Source: Octopus sinensis
Taxonomy: Eukaryota
Direction: 5' to 3'
NCBI RefSeq assembly: GCF_006345805.1
Contig: NC_043011.1
Coordinates: forward strand, 31,384,464-31,448,463
DNA: 64,000 bases
The notes beneath the pieces were generated by a model. It was not told the DNA's origin, did no database searches, and was given only the letters and a program-made list of their open reading frames with translations. A program made the translations under genes and the position numbers. Of the stretch, positions 25,053 to 38,739 are shown piece after piece (positions within the stretch are counted from its first letter, which is position 1; each line of letters opens with the position of its first letter).

Positions 25053-25696
25053 TATATATCAAAATTGAGAGAGGTTGTGCAAAGTTGTTCTAAAGAAGGA
25101 TATTGATATAGTAGGCTATTGATGTAGTAGGCTAAGAGAACATAGAACTTCAGCCTTGCTTTAACCAACATGTTGACATCAACAGTTAAAATAGCTATGA
25201 TATAGCTGATGAATTCACGTTCTAAAGTCTACTGCAGACTTGTTCACATTCTCTCTCTCTCTCTTTCTCTGTTTATGTGTCAGTATCATCTAGGTATATT
25301 TGTATTAATGTGCAATGTCTCTTTTCTCACCTCTCTCTATCTCACTGTTTCTATCTGTATGTGAATATATATCTGTGTGCATGTGTATTTGCTGTCAGTG
25401 CCAAAAAGTACTGTTGCCAAAATAACTGGGAAAGGCTTCAGCCAACACTGGTGCAAGCTATGTTTCGCTTTATAGTTCATTGTGAATGTTGTTGTTTTGG
25501 GCCTCAGGCCACATATTACCAGAGGTAGCGAAGCTATAAAACTTAATTCATTGACTGTTGGGTTTGTAATCACAAGGGACTGAAATATTTTGGCACAGCT
25601 GTTTTGGCACAACTGTTTGGACATTGCTGGTTTGATGCTGACATTTGTGACATCAAATGTTTTAATGTTTCTCTTGTTCATGTGTGTCAGCATCTA

Positions 25697-25910
25697 GTTA
25701 CCTCCGCCTTAGCGAAGGCGGGGGTATTATTTTCAGTTGTGTTTGTTCGTTTGTTTGTCCATGGACAAGATATCTCAAGAACCGCTGGAGGGATTCGGAT
25801 GAATCTTTCAGGGATGTATGACCTTGCGACTAGCATGGTCTCATTAGATTTTGGGATCCATCCGGTACTGGACGAGGATTCTGGATTATTTTTCCGATTT
25901 TTTAAAACTT
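25697..25910 (+). mobile_element. Helentron/HINE-like non-autonomous element, 5' part
   Basis: ttacctccgcc...gaaggcggggg start, tgtttgtttgtcc microsatellite, ggattcggatgaa and tagattttgggatcc motifs. Confidence 0.55.
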
Positions 25911-26014
25911 TACATGTATATGTAAAGTTTCACATAGTTCTCTTGTATATGCACACACATACACACATATACTCACACATTTTCAGTGTTGAACATTACC
26001 ATTCCATTTCCATT

Positions 26015-26084
<70 letters not shown>

Positions 26085-27540
26085 AACAAACACACACACA
26101 CACACACACACACAGATGCAAACATACCTCTCTTTTACACACACATATACTCACACTTCAAATGCCTTTAATCAGATTTTTCACTCCTTCCTTCATTATT
26201 CATATATCACTCCTTCCTTTCTCATTCATATGATGCTCTCTTTGCCACTTCGTTTCGTCTTTCTCATTGTCATTGCTTTCTCTCACCCCCTCTCAATCAT
26301 GACTGTTACTCTCACTACTTCTCCTTTGCTGTATTAGTATTTCATCTCCTCTCCCTTCACCTCTCACTCAATATGTGGATTATTTTCTGTTTGAGAGTGG
26401 TTGGGTTCATTTTTAGCATTCTCGTTTGTGAGAGCAGTCCAGTTTATTTAAGATATTCTCATTTTAAAAATCATCTCTGGCTAATCATTGAGAGGACATT
26501 GGTGTTGCCTTGGTAGAGGTTTGCGCTCTCTGACTGTTCTTGTTATATTTGTATTAATGTGCAATGTCCTTTCCCCCCATCTCTTTCTATCTGTATGTGA
26601 ATATATATCTGTGTGCATGTGTGTTTGCTGTCAGTGCCAAAAAGTACTGTTGCCAAAACAGGTTGAATGTCCATTTAGCCATGCCAATTTGTAAGTGTCT
26701 AAACAGCCATGCCCAGTTGCCCCATTCCAGGGTGAGGAATAATACAATAACTGAGCTATAATCAGGACAAAAATGATTCATACTTTTCTCTATGTTGAGA
26801 GAATACCTTCAATCCTATTTGATTGAACTACCCTTTCCGCAATCCCATTCATTAAAGTGGCATTTTGCAAGAATTGCAACTACTTTTCTTTCATCAAGAA
26901 CAGAAGTTATTCTGAAACTGTAAAACTTTGTAAAATGTCATTCCGTGCAAAGACTTCTGGTGCTTATTGATTCAAAGAACATTAGCACCATTCTGAGAGA
27001 AAAATAGTTGTAATGCCTTTATTTCCATCAGGAATATGAATAATGTTTAGCCTAGGGGAACAAAGAACCTGCTAGAACAAGCAATCAGTTCAAAATCAGG
27101 AGCATATTCCATATGTACATGGACATTTCTGGCAGTTTGCTGTGCTTGAGAAGACACGTGAAGCTAAATAAAATTGTGGTTGTCCTTGCACATAGGCGTG
27201 TCCCTACATCCTGCTTCAGCTGAGTGGCCCTAATCTTGCAGGCTCATGAATGCTGGTGACACATAAAAAGCACCCATGTCGATGCTACATAAAAGTACCT
27301 GTGCCTGTGCTGCGTAAAAGCGTGCTAACGTTTCTGCCAGCTCACCGACAGGAACACTTCCTTTTCTTTCTGTCTACTGAATTCACTTACAAAGCTTTGG
27401 GTCAACATGGTGCTATGGTAGAAGACACTTGCCCAAGGTGCTGCACAGTGGAACTGAACTCGAAACCCCATGGTTGGGGAAGCAAGCTTCTTAATCACAC
27501 ATCCATGCTGGCATTTTTACAAATATTTCAATGATGACAT

Positions 27541-27880
27541 TCAACAGGCGTTAACCTCTTTGATGAAATATAACACAACACTGCTTAGTTTTCCTGCAAT
27601 AATATTCCTGATATAGAATACTCACTTATATCAGTTGTCAATATGAAGTCTTTGTTGGCATCAAGTAGTCTCAAAACAGGATTTTTCACAAAATGCATTT
27701 TTGAAATTCTTGAATGCATTTGTTGAACATTTTGTCCAAGTAAATTCAATATTTTTCTTTCATAATTCCACAAATGGTCCAACAATTTTAGAATATTTTG
27801 ACAAATACTAAACTTTGGTTGGTATTTGTCAATCAAAGGAATTTAACATTACAAAAAGAAGATTCCAATTCTGTTTTCTG
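27541..27880 (-). pseudogene. Gypsy RT-connection/RNase H fragment
   Basis: FTWTKCSTNAF / NPVLRLLDANKDFILTTDISEYSISGILLQE / YISSKRLTPVE. Confidence 0.75.
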
Positions 27881-28388
27881 AGAATGAGGCGATCATCATC
27901 ATCATCATAACCATCATCCCCATGATAGTGATGATGATCATTGCTGACTGTACCTGTGCCTGCACCTGTACCCTCATCTATGCCTCCGTCGCTGCCACGG
28001 GATGCCTCTGCCACTGCCACGGGTGCCTCTGTCACTACTGTGGGTACCTCTGCCACTACCATGTATACTTCTGCCACTGCTGCCACTGCTACCATCACTT
28101 CTGCTTCTGTCACTTCTGCTTCCACCACCTCTGCCTTTCCCACTACTGCTGCCGCCACTCCCACTGCCATCGTCATTATCACCATCATCATTCTCCTAAT
28201 GTTCATTTTCCCATGCTTGCATAGGTCCAAACAGAATTCGCTGAGACAGGTTTTCTACAGCTGGATGCCCTTCCTGTTGCCGACCCTCACCTGTTTCCAA
28301 GCAAGTTATTATTTCCCCATTACTGGACATGTTTTCCCAGAAGCTCAGAAACGAAGCACATTCGTTGCATGTTGCTGAGGTTACATCA

Positions 28389-29390
28389 AGGCACAGGCAT
28401 GGCTGTATGGTTCAGGTTCAGTTCCACTGCATGGCACCTTGGACAAGTGTTTTCTACTATACCACCAGGTTGACCAATGCCTTGTGAATGAATTTAGTAG
28501 ATGGAAATTGTATAGAACTCCGTTACATATACATCCATCCACCCATTCACCTATTTATCCATCCATTCATCTGCCCATATATGCATTCATTCACCCACGC
28601 ATCCATCCATCCATCCATCCATGCGTGCATGTGAGGTTGTATCTTTGTGTTTGTTTGTCCATCCCCCACCACTTGATAACCAGTATTAGTTTGTTTATGT
28701 CCCTGTCATAGCGCAATGTCGCAAAAGCAGCTGATAGAATAAATACTAGACAAGTAAACTGTTGAAGCCAGTGCTCCAGCATGGTCGCAGTCCAATGAAT
28801 GAAACGAGTAAAGGATATCAGAGAAAAGATAACAATTACAGCTTTACTAAGCTGGATGTGTGGTAAGAAGCTTGCTTCCCAACCATATGGTTCCAGGTTC
28901 ACTCCCACTGTGTGGCACCTTGGGCAAATGTCTTCTACTATAACCTCGGGCTGACTAAAGCCTTGTGAGTGGATTTGGTAGACAGAAACTGAAAGAAGCT
29001 CATTATATATATATATATTTATATATATATATATATATTATCTGAAGTGAACAATATTATATATCCATTATGGCCGATCTTACCAATCGGTTTCATGCTA
29101 GGAATTCAACGGAGTGTTAGGTAACAATCCAATTATGTAACTCTACGCTCTTCAGAGGTAGCTGATATGAAATGAAATATGGCAACTGTTTTCTCTCTCT
29201 CTCTATATATATATGTATGTGTATACGTCCCTGTAACATAGTGTTTCGACAAACAGGCCCAATAGAATAAGTGCTAGGATTAAAAGAAAATATGCTCTTG
29301 GGGTTGATTTATTTGGCTAAAACCCTTCAAGGTGGTGTACCAGCATGGCCACAGTCAAATTACTGAAACAAGTAAAAGATAAAAGATAGA
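28389..29390 (+). mobile_element. Cluster of SINE family A copies (composite 28389-28815, head 28855-29000, tail 29225-29385)
   Basis: diverged matches to the family head and tail. Confidence 0.7.
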
Positions 29391-29560
29391 AGAAACGCGT
29401 TTAGTGACCCTGCGCCTTCCTTTCACCATCTTTGCTTTATAGCGTAAAAAGTTTTCTACAAGACAAAAACATACTTACAGATTTTGGAGCTTAATGTGAC
29501 TTAAGAGAGTACAGTACAATCTTGGGCAATTTTGCTCTAAATATTTTCCTTTTTTTGCAG

Positions 29561-29626
29561 GTCTATGATATATTAGTCCGGACAGTTGATAACATAGAAA
29601 AGGTGCTTAATGAAATTCAATCTTAA
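29561..29626 (+). CDS. Candidate terminal coding exon, VYDILVRTVDNIEKVLNEIQS*
   Basis: strong ttttccttttttttgcag acceptor; phase 0; TAA at 29624-29626; AATAAA at 29729 and 29795. Confidence 0.7.
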   Translation, partial: VYDILVRTVDNIEKVLNEIQS

Positions 29627-30081
29627 GAAGAATTTACCAGCCAGCCTGACGGAAAATTGCATACACACACACATACACATGCACACACACATGCACACAC
29701 ACATGCACGCACACACATAACAATGATCAATAAAACTGACATTTTGCATTTTTCTTTACTCTGAGTTTCACATTCCTACTTAGAGTAACAATGGAATAAA
29801 ATCTAAGAGTTTGAATATTATTTACTCTAAATTCAGTACTGAGTATTACTCTGTTACTGCTTGTGTGAGTGTGCATGTGTGTGTATGTGTATGTATGTAT
29901 ATGTGTGTATGTATATGTATATATATATATATGAATATATATATGCAGGTATATATACATATATGTGTGTTTGTGTTTATATATATACATATATATATGT
30001 ATATTTATGAATATATACATCTATATATCTATCTATCTATCTATCTATCTATCTCTCTATGTATGTATTTGTATGCCTGTG

Positions 30082-30115
<34 letters not shown>

Positions 30116-30519
30116 GATAAGTGTGCACGTGCATATGTGTGTGTGTGTGTGTGTATGATATGTGTGCTTGTGTGTATGTCTTCCATCATTATCCATCTTT
30201 TAAGTACTACAACAAGATCTTTCCTCTGTTCTTGAAACTTGAATTTACGAAAGATTCGGCTAAATATATGTATTACAATTCAATAAAATATTTCAATATT
30301 TCATTCTACTGTGTTTGTTGAGTATTCATATTTTGTTTGTGACAACATGCTAATTACTGTTTATGATTACATCTAAATATGTTAACGGATCTATCTGTTT
30401 ATCTGTTTACCAATCTCTCTAATGTCTCTCACTGGTTATCTTTCTGTTTATCAGTCTACCTGTCAGTTCATCTATCTATTTTTCTACACATGCCTACATG
30501 TGTGTATGTATATCTGTGT

Positions 30520-30578
<59 letters not shown>

Positions 30579-30603
30579 CATATACATATTTATATATATA
30601 CAT

Positions 30604-30634
<31 letters not shown>

Positions 30635-30636
30635 CT

Positions 30637-30910
30637 GGAGTAAACACATAAATGTGAAACAAAGTGGAAAAAAGAGTACTCAAATACCAGGGGTAGAGTA
30701 ATATGCTTTATTTAAAAGCAGCAGAAATTCAACAAAACCTGTTACTCTGAGTTTCACGTTCCCGTTCGTCGGACAGTATTTGAGTACTCTTTTTTCCACC
30801 TTGTTTCACATTTATGTGTTTACTCCGAGATATCAAAAACTGTCCGACGAACGGGAACATGAAACTCAGAGTAACAGGTTTTGTTGAATTTCTGCTGCTT
30901 ATAAATAAAG
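30637..30910. mobile_element. Penelope-like pLTR fragments in inverted arrangement with two hammerhead motifs
   Basis: interleaved inverted repeats A-B-A'-B'; hammerhead-like motif followed by AATAAA on each strand. Confidence 0.65.
30836..30882 (+). ncRNA. Type I minimal hammerhead-like motif (CCGACGA core variant)
   Basis: aaaactgt-CCGACGA-acgggaacat-GAAAC-tcaga-GTA-acaggtttt; mirror copy on the minus strand at 30734-30776. Confidence 0.55.
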
Positions 30911-31790
30911 TATATATATATGTCATCATCATCATCATCGTTTAACGTCCACTTTCCATGCTAGCATGGACTGGACGATTTGACTGAAGTCTGGCGAACC
31001 AGATGGCTGCACCAGGCTCCAATCTGATCTGGCAGAGTTTCTACAGCTGGATGCCCTTCCTAATGCCAACCGCTCCAAGAGTGTAGTGGGTGCTTTTACA
31101 TGCCACTGACATGAGGGCCAGTCAGGAGGTACTGGAAACGGCCATGCTCAAATGGTGCATTTTATGTGCCACCTTCACAGGAGCCAGTCCAGTGGCACTG
31201 GCAACGACCTCGCTCGAATGTTTTTTCGCATGCCACCAGCACAAGTGCCAGTAAGGCGACGCAGGTAATAATCATGCTCAAATGGTGCTTTTTATGTGCC
31301 AGCACCATTATTCTTTAATTCTTTAAAGTCTTTCATCTTTAAAGGTATGGTCATGCTGGGGCACCACCTATGTCTGTGCTACACCATTACATGAAGCACC
31401 CCCGATATGTGGCATTTGGTGAATGAGGGAATTTGATGCTGCTGCTCTTGTCTGTGTTTCTTGCAATGAAATAGGGTCATCTGGAATCCTTAGCAGGAGG
31501 AGATCCAGTTTTGCTTTTGGACCTACATCTTACACCGTGCAGGTCTCTCAGGCATTTTGGAAGGATACTGGAAAGCTCTGGGTCCTTGATACCCAAGCTT
31601 TTGCAGTATCTGGTCCTGCATTTTGATGCTGATGCTGGGATCTTTTCATTATGCAGTGGCACCCCATTCTGCTGTATATATATATATATAATTGTATGTG
31701 TGTGTGTGTTTATGTATGTGAATACACACATATAAAGACATATACATATTTACATACATACACACATATGCATACATGCATACATATATA

Positions 31791-31866
<76 letters not shown>

Positions 31867-32462
31867 TATATGTGTGTGTGCGTGTGTGTGTGTGCGTGTG
31901 TGTGTGTGTGGTGTGTGTGTGTGTGTGTATGTGTAAAAGATATAGGTACAAACAGTGTTATATACAAATCTGTATACATGCACTCAGGACACACATACTA
32001 AACACAAAATCTCACCCCTGCCGCATGCAAATACATACCTCAGAAGGACAAAATGAAATAAACGGGACAAGAGGAGACATGTGGGAAAGAGTGTGCCGAA
32101 AGAATTTTGACAGACAGATAAACTAAACAATATTATGCATAAAAGCTAAAGTGAAGATCAAATAAACAGTGTGTGTGCTTAATTGGCAAAAGAAACCCCA
32201 AACAAATGACCATCCCCAAGTATAACAATATCTGTTTCAACACACGATTTCACATCAAGGATCTTACAAAACAAATACATAAACACACATACACACACGC
32301 ATTTGGTTGTGTGGTAAGAAGCTTGCTTACCAACCACATGGTTCCAAGTTCAGTCCCACTGCATGGCACATTGGGCAAGTGTCTTCCAGAGCTTCAGGTT
32401 GACCAAAGCTTTGTGAGTGGATCTGGTAGACAAAAACTGAAAGAAGCCTGTTGTACATATAT

Positions 32463-32509
<47 letters not shown>

Positions 32510-33486
32510 TAATATATATATATGTATATAATATAAATTATATATATATATATATGTATATTTATATATATGCATATATACATACGTATATGTACATACC
32601 TACATCTATACATATATATATATGCATACATGGGCACAGGATGTTATGAACCGTGTATAACAAAAAATACGAAGCACGAGTACATGGAACATGAACTATT
32701 ATTTCAAACAATGAAAGACACAAATGGAAAACAAAACAAACAACATAAAGAACAACCCTTCATCAGTTGTTGGCTGTTTTTCTAGTCTCGTATTCGAGCA
32801 TTTAACAACAATATATGCTATTGATAAAACAGTTGCTCCTGCAAAGCAAATTAAATAAAATTTGGGATTTTTGCGGTGGGTCAAAATAAGTAACATAAAC
32901 AGAACAGTGAAAACAAACAGAAAGGGCTGCTACTCCTAAATGAGGTTGTGGTGGTGAACGCGTAAATCAAGCTAGGACAGGAGACAAACAAGAATACATC
33001 TTCCTTGTTCCAGCTACAACAGAGAGAAAGAAAGAAAGAAACACAAGTTAGGAGAAGAAAGATGGCCGATGGTCATGTGAGAGACATGTGAGCAAGGGAA
33101 GATGAGTGAATGAGAGAGAGTAACAGAGTAATAGGAAATACTAGTGGGAGAAGAGGAGGTAAAAGAATCAATGAGAGACAAATAAAAGAATAAAAAGATC
33201 ATATAGAGTGCGCATCAGAATTATTAATATAAAACTTATTTGGAAGAGGATGCGTGGTCGTCCAACAGCATTTAATAACCGGTGTTGGTGTATTTATGTC
33301 CCTGTAACTTAGTGGTTTAGCAAAAGAGACTGATAGCATAAGTACTTGGCTTAAAAACAAAACCCTTGGGGTCGATTTATTTGACTAAAAAAACCCTTCA
33401 AGGTGGTGCCCCAGCATGGTCGCAGTCAACTGACTGAAACAAGTAAAAGATAAAAGATTACATATATATGGAAGGTGTTTATAAGC

Positions 33487-34223
33487 ATGGAAGGTGTTTA
33501 TAAGCCATTTAGATACATACAAATTTAGAAACACAAATTTAATTTGTCAAAATATTTGTCAAAATATTTTCGTCACTTTGAGACTGCAACCTGTTCACTG
33601 ACAAAATTCCGTGCTGCATCTGAGAAAGTAGCACTTACTGTATTTGATGGCCTATAAGACGCACGAATGCATGGGACACACCCTAGCCTAGGCGATACTT
33701 TTGTAAAATAAATTATCTCTAAAATAATGTTTCAATTCCTCCACTTACCTGTATAGCTTTATGTTATTGTTGGTAATTATAAGTAATTTATTGCATCCAC
33801 ATTCAATATAAACATACTGTTTACCAACAGATGTTCACCAATAGATGGCAGCACACATTTTGTAAACATCCATACCGTAGGTGAGTTTTGAACCTACATT
33901 GAGTGCATTGGATGCAGGAGGATTTGTAAAGCCAGTAGTTCATGATATGTATGTATGTGTATGTGTGCATGTATGTGCATATGCATATGCACATACTTAC
34001 ATGCACACATGCATGCATGCATGCAAGCATCCATCCATACATACACACACACACATATCATGAACTAATTGTTACTCTCTCAGATGCAGCACAGAATTTT
34101 GTCAGTGAACAGGTCGTGGTTTCAAAGTAACAAAAATATTTTAACAAATCAAATTTAAATGTTGAAGTGAATCTAACGTTTTTTTTGTTTGTTTTTAAAT
34201 GGCTTATAAACACCTTCCATGCT
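33487..34223. mobile_element. Foldback/MITE with about 140-bp imperfect TIRs
   Basis: 33487-33630 is the reverse complement of 34072-34223. Confidence 0.7.
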
Positions 34224-34244
34224 GCAATTGTGTGTGTATATATA

Positions 34245-34307
<63 letters not shown>

Positions 34308-34349
34308 TATTAGTGAATTGAAGAAATGGAGTTGAACGAAGATTGAACA

Positions 34350-35520
34350 GAATTCCTTTTATTGCATTCTACACATGTTTCAAAAGCCACAATTTTCCAA
34401 ATTCTGATTAAATAAGGATATCATATTGTGGCTTTCTCTTCAGGAAAAAAATAGGAATTCCGTTGGCAGAACAAAACAGAACAGAGGCGCAGCAAAGCAA
34501 TTTGAACGAGGAGGCTCTTTAAGAGCCCATGGCTGAACTGATTATCAATGTACGTTGAAATCGGGTGGTGGGTGCGTTGAAGATATTTACAGGTCAGGCG
34601 GCGGTCAAATCCAGTAGGTGAGAGCAAGGGGTGTGGAGGTGTTCTGTGTGACCAAAACTAAAATTCTGAATATTTTAAAGAATACTGGGTGTATTTTTTG
34701 GGGGCGAGACAAAAACTACCTAGAAACATGTATGTGTGTACTGGCCTATGTGTGCATGGCCGTATGTTGGTAAAAGGCGCTACATAATGGTCACTGCTGA
34801 AAAATTCGTCAGGCGGCAGAAAATATTTTATGTGTTCGTGTGTTCGTCTAGGCCTGCTTGTCAAAAAATTAGCGTCGTCAAAGAATCCTAAGGGAATATA
34901 AAATTCCAGCGCTTCCTTCCAAAACAAACCACCATTCGCCTAATGGGAGTAATTTCCCCTTGCAAGGGTTATTCATATATTTCTTAAAAAGCTTTTTCAA
35001 TAATTATTTCCAAGGATTATTTTCATTTTAGTATGGTAACAAGGAGCTAATTGTCTTAGGTATCATTTATAAGCAAGATAAGTATAACGCCGCCAATGGG
35101 GACATCGAAAAGCCAACTGTAAAAGTCCGTTTACCAACCGGTCTCTGGCGAACAATATGTGGAAAAGCTCAGAGACACAAAGATTGCACTTCCTTCTGCC
35201 CCTATCAAATGGGAGGGCCACCGACAAAATCGACCATTCCAGCCTGAAGCCTGAGTTCGCGTTCTTCAAACCCCATATAAGCTTGCTAAGTCCCGTGGCT
35301 TGGTATTTATTCACGTCGCGAAAAGTTGCGAAATGGTTGGAGATTCGCAAGGCCAATTTTGACGATGAGGCCCCGACATACGAGTAGACTTCTGAGTCCG
35401 TGTAAACCTTACATTGGTAAATGGCATTTCTGATCTTGGAGTTACTCGACAAGAACCTTATTCTATTGGGATTAGCTTCTGAAATTAGAACTGCGTTACT
35501 GTTACTATATTGATTGTTAC
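34350..35520 (-). mobile_element. Penelope-like element 3' part (GIY-YIG endonuclease + pLTR)
   Basis: NAIYQC..YVGAS..RISNH..TGLSKLIWGLK..LEWSIL..CNLCVSE; open frame to the stop at 35063. Confidence 0.85.
34367..34446 (-). ncRNA. Type I hammerhead ribozyme of a Penelope pLTR
   Basis: ttc-CTGAAGA-gaaagccacaat..attgtggctttt-GAAAC-atgt-GTA-gaa, then AATAAA. Confidence 0.75.
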
Positions 35521-36294
35521 TATATACTGTTACTATATATATATATATATATATAATATATATATATATGTGTGTGTGTGTGTATATGTATATATATATA
35601 CATACACACACACACACACACACATATATATACAACTGATTTAAAAATTGCACAGAAGTATGTCAAAGAAACAAATGGAAAATTCACACACAAGACGTGG
35701 ACATGCCCTTTCCTTGTCAGTTATCATCCCAAAATCACAATTTCATGCTTTTAACAATAATATTGTTCATTTTGGTCAGGTCAACAGCAAAAAGCTGCTG
35801 GGAATAATGAGCAAACATAAAGGATGTTGATGAAAACAAACACATCAGGTGTAGTTGGTACATCATCATCATCATCATCATCATCATCAACACCACCATC
35901 ATCATTTAGCACCTGCTTTCCATGCTGGCATGGGTAAGACAGTTTGACTGGGACTTGTAAATCGGAGAGCCGTACCAGGTTGCAGTCTGATTTAACTTGG
36001 TTTCTACAGCTGGATGCCCTTCTTAATGCCAACCACTCCAAGAATATAGTGCATGGATGCCTTTTACGTGTCACCAGAATGGGTGCCTTTCAAGTGTCAC
36101 CAGCATAGGCCATGACTACCATTTCACTTGGCTTGACGTGTCTTCTCAAACAAATCGCCAGAGGTCTTCATCACTTGTCATCACCTCCCTGAGACTCAAC
36201 ATCCGAAGATCATGTTTCATCATATATCTTCCTGGGTCTACCTCATCCACAGGTTCCCTAAAATAAAGGACCTTATGGCTTTGAGCTAACATTA

Positions 36295-36508
36295 GGACAA
36301 GTTGTGTAGAAGTAATACTGATGGAAAATAATATCCCATAAGGACTAGAAAAGGAGGGCGGAAAGATGGAAAGAAAGAACAGAAGATGGGAAAAAAGATG
36401 AATTTAGTGATGAAGGTAAAGGCAAAAGTGAAAGCCTAGGAGAAGCTTGTGGTGCCATCATTGTAAATTCTAGGAAGCTTTTTAAATGCAAGTTTGATGC
36501 AATAATTA
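36295..36508 (+). repeat. Local duplication of non-microsatellite sequence, second copy at 39806-40014
   Basis: two substitutions and one 5-nt indel by eye. Confidence 0.9.
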
Positions 36509-38005
36509 AGAAAGATAATAACTGTACAGAGCATAGTACACTAAGGCTTGATGACAACTGTTGTTGTCTTCTTCTTCCAATCAGGACTCACGCCATTAGC
36601 CACAAAGAATAATCTCTAATTCAAGCCTACTCTAAGCTACTAAGAATGCATGTGGCAACTTGAAGATCCACCCACCACACACGATAGACTGGTGGCTGCA
36701 CGGGCACGAAAGCTACGTTGTTATCCTCATTTCGTAAACGGTGGCTTTTAACGGGTGGAGAGCTGAACCATCCTGGGGTATAGAGGATTCGCAATCTAGA
36801 CTAGGGTCTGAAAGTTTACCACACCATAGTGGGTTGCACCATGGTTCCTCTGCTTTGTGGCAGAAGTAGGAAGAAAGAGTGAGAGAAAGTTGTGGTGAAA
36901 GAATACAGTGGGGTTCACCACCACCCCTGCCAGAGCCTCGTGGAGCTCAGGTGTTTTTGCTCAATAAACACTCACAATGCCCGGTCTGGGAATCAAAACC
37001 ATGTTCTTACAACCGCAAGTCCGCTGCCCTAACCATTGGGCCATTGTGTCTTCACTACTGCTGTTGTTGTTCAGCTATTGTCTTCCTTTGATGAATTTTC
37101 TAGATGTCCACATTAAAATTAGGTCCAACAATGTGACATGTTAAGGTAAGTACTATCCCAAAGTTCTCATGATCAAACCTAACTACTGGTAAGCTATTTA
37201 CTAAATAAATCTTTTATTTTTTTCTTTAAAGTAGTCTGTGAGAGATGAGTAGTGCACAAGACTTTGTAGCAGATCAAGCATAGCCTGACTAGGGATTTCT
37301 CAAGAGCAAGTATTTGGCAGTTCTAAAGAAAAAAGAATTTGGTAAAATATTTTGTAAAAAGACTAGGTGAGAGGAGGAGGAATTGGTAGGTGTAGAAAAG
37401 CAGAGAGCATTATAGCAACAATGGAAGAGAGAGGGAGAAAGAGAGAGAAAGGTGTGAGAAACAGAGAGGAAGTGAGAAAGATAAAGAATGAAAAGGAGAA
37501 AGAGAGAGAGGGAGAGGGAGAGAGAGAAGGCTCATTACATTAGTTGGCTAATTGGTTGTTGATAAGTGAAGGCTTGTCTATTGGATAGGTGTCATCCTTG
37601 AATGTAATCAAGAATCTCTAAGAAATGTATATATAATGAATATAAGTGTGTATATGTGCATATACGTATATTTTTATGCATGCATATTTGTATGTCCTAT
37701 ATATATATGTATGTATATGTGTGTGTGTGTGTGTGTGTGTACATGTGTGTGTGTATATATATTATGTGTGTGTGAGTGAGTGTGTATTTTGTGTATTTAT
37801 GAGTGTGTATATGTGTGTGTGTCTGTATGCATGCAAGCTGAACCATGCTAGATATGAGAAGCATATTTGTGCAACTTGGTTGCATCATCTTATATTATGA
37901 GAACAAAATCTCAAACACACCTCTAAACACAAACACACATATACACACGTGCATGCACACACACTTACACACACAAGCATACAAGACTCAGGCACACATT
38001 TTGTA

Positions 38006-38044
<39 letters not shown>

Positions 38045-38706
38045 TTGTGTGTGATTGGTATGAGGAAGAATATATTTCCATGAAATATTTCTCTCATCAT
38101 GTCATGCAAACATCTGAATTTTAGGAAGCAGTCAGTCAATGCTAATATGAACAAATAAGTAGAAACCACCAAGAAGAAACAAATAAAGCAAAGATCCAAT
38201 AGGATTTGAACCTCGGTTCCCTGCTGTCAGAGAACAAAGCTACCAACAGAAAACATCTCTTTAAATACATAAAACAGATTCCTGTATTTGTCAGAATATT
38301 TCATTAAAAATTTTCAATTGCTATATTTTCGTTTGTTGATTAATTAATTAAGTTCAATTTGTTTATGTATTTTAATTAATTAATTAAAATTGCTTTATTT
38401 AATACTTTATTGATTTATTAATTAATTCATTTGCAACTCTTTTAATTTAAGTAGATCTGAGAAAATGTCAGTGAAAGATGTAAGAAGGTCAACCGCATAT
38501 TAGCAGCTCTTTTGCCTTTTAAGATTTCGTTATCATCGCTTAATAGTTACAAGAGAATGTATGGGTTGAATGAGTAGTACATGCTCCATGTATCTATATG
38601 TATGTATGTATGCATGTATGTATGTATGTATGTATGTATGTATGCATGTATGTGTGTGTGTGTGTGAGTATGTGTGTATGTATGTATGATTGTATGTATG
38701 TATGTA

Positions 38707-38739
<33 letters not shown>

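Noticed and set aside
26700-27170. Possible decayed helicase or transposase on the minus strand
   Set aside because: Many stops and no identifiable motif.
31350-31670. Unique GC-richer stretch with short ORFs on both strands
   Set aside because: No recognisable motif or consistent splice sites.
32740-32800. CTGATGAAGGG on the minus strand, possible third hammerhead
   Set aside because: No pairing stem II or correctly placed GAAA/UH was found.
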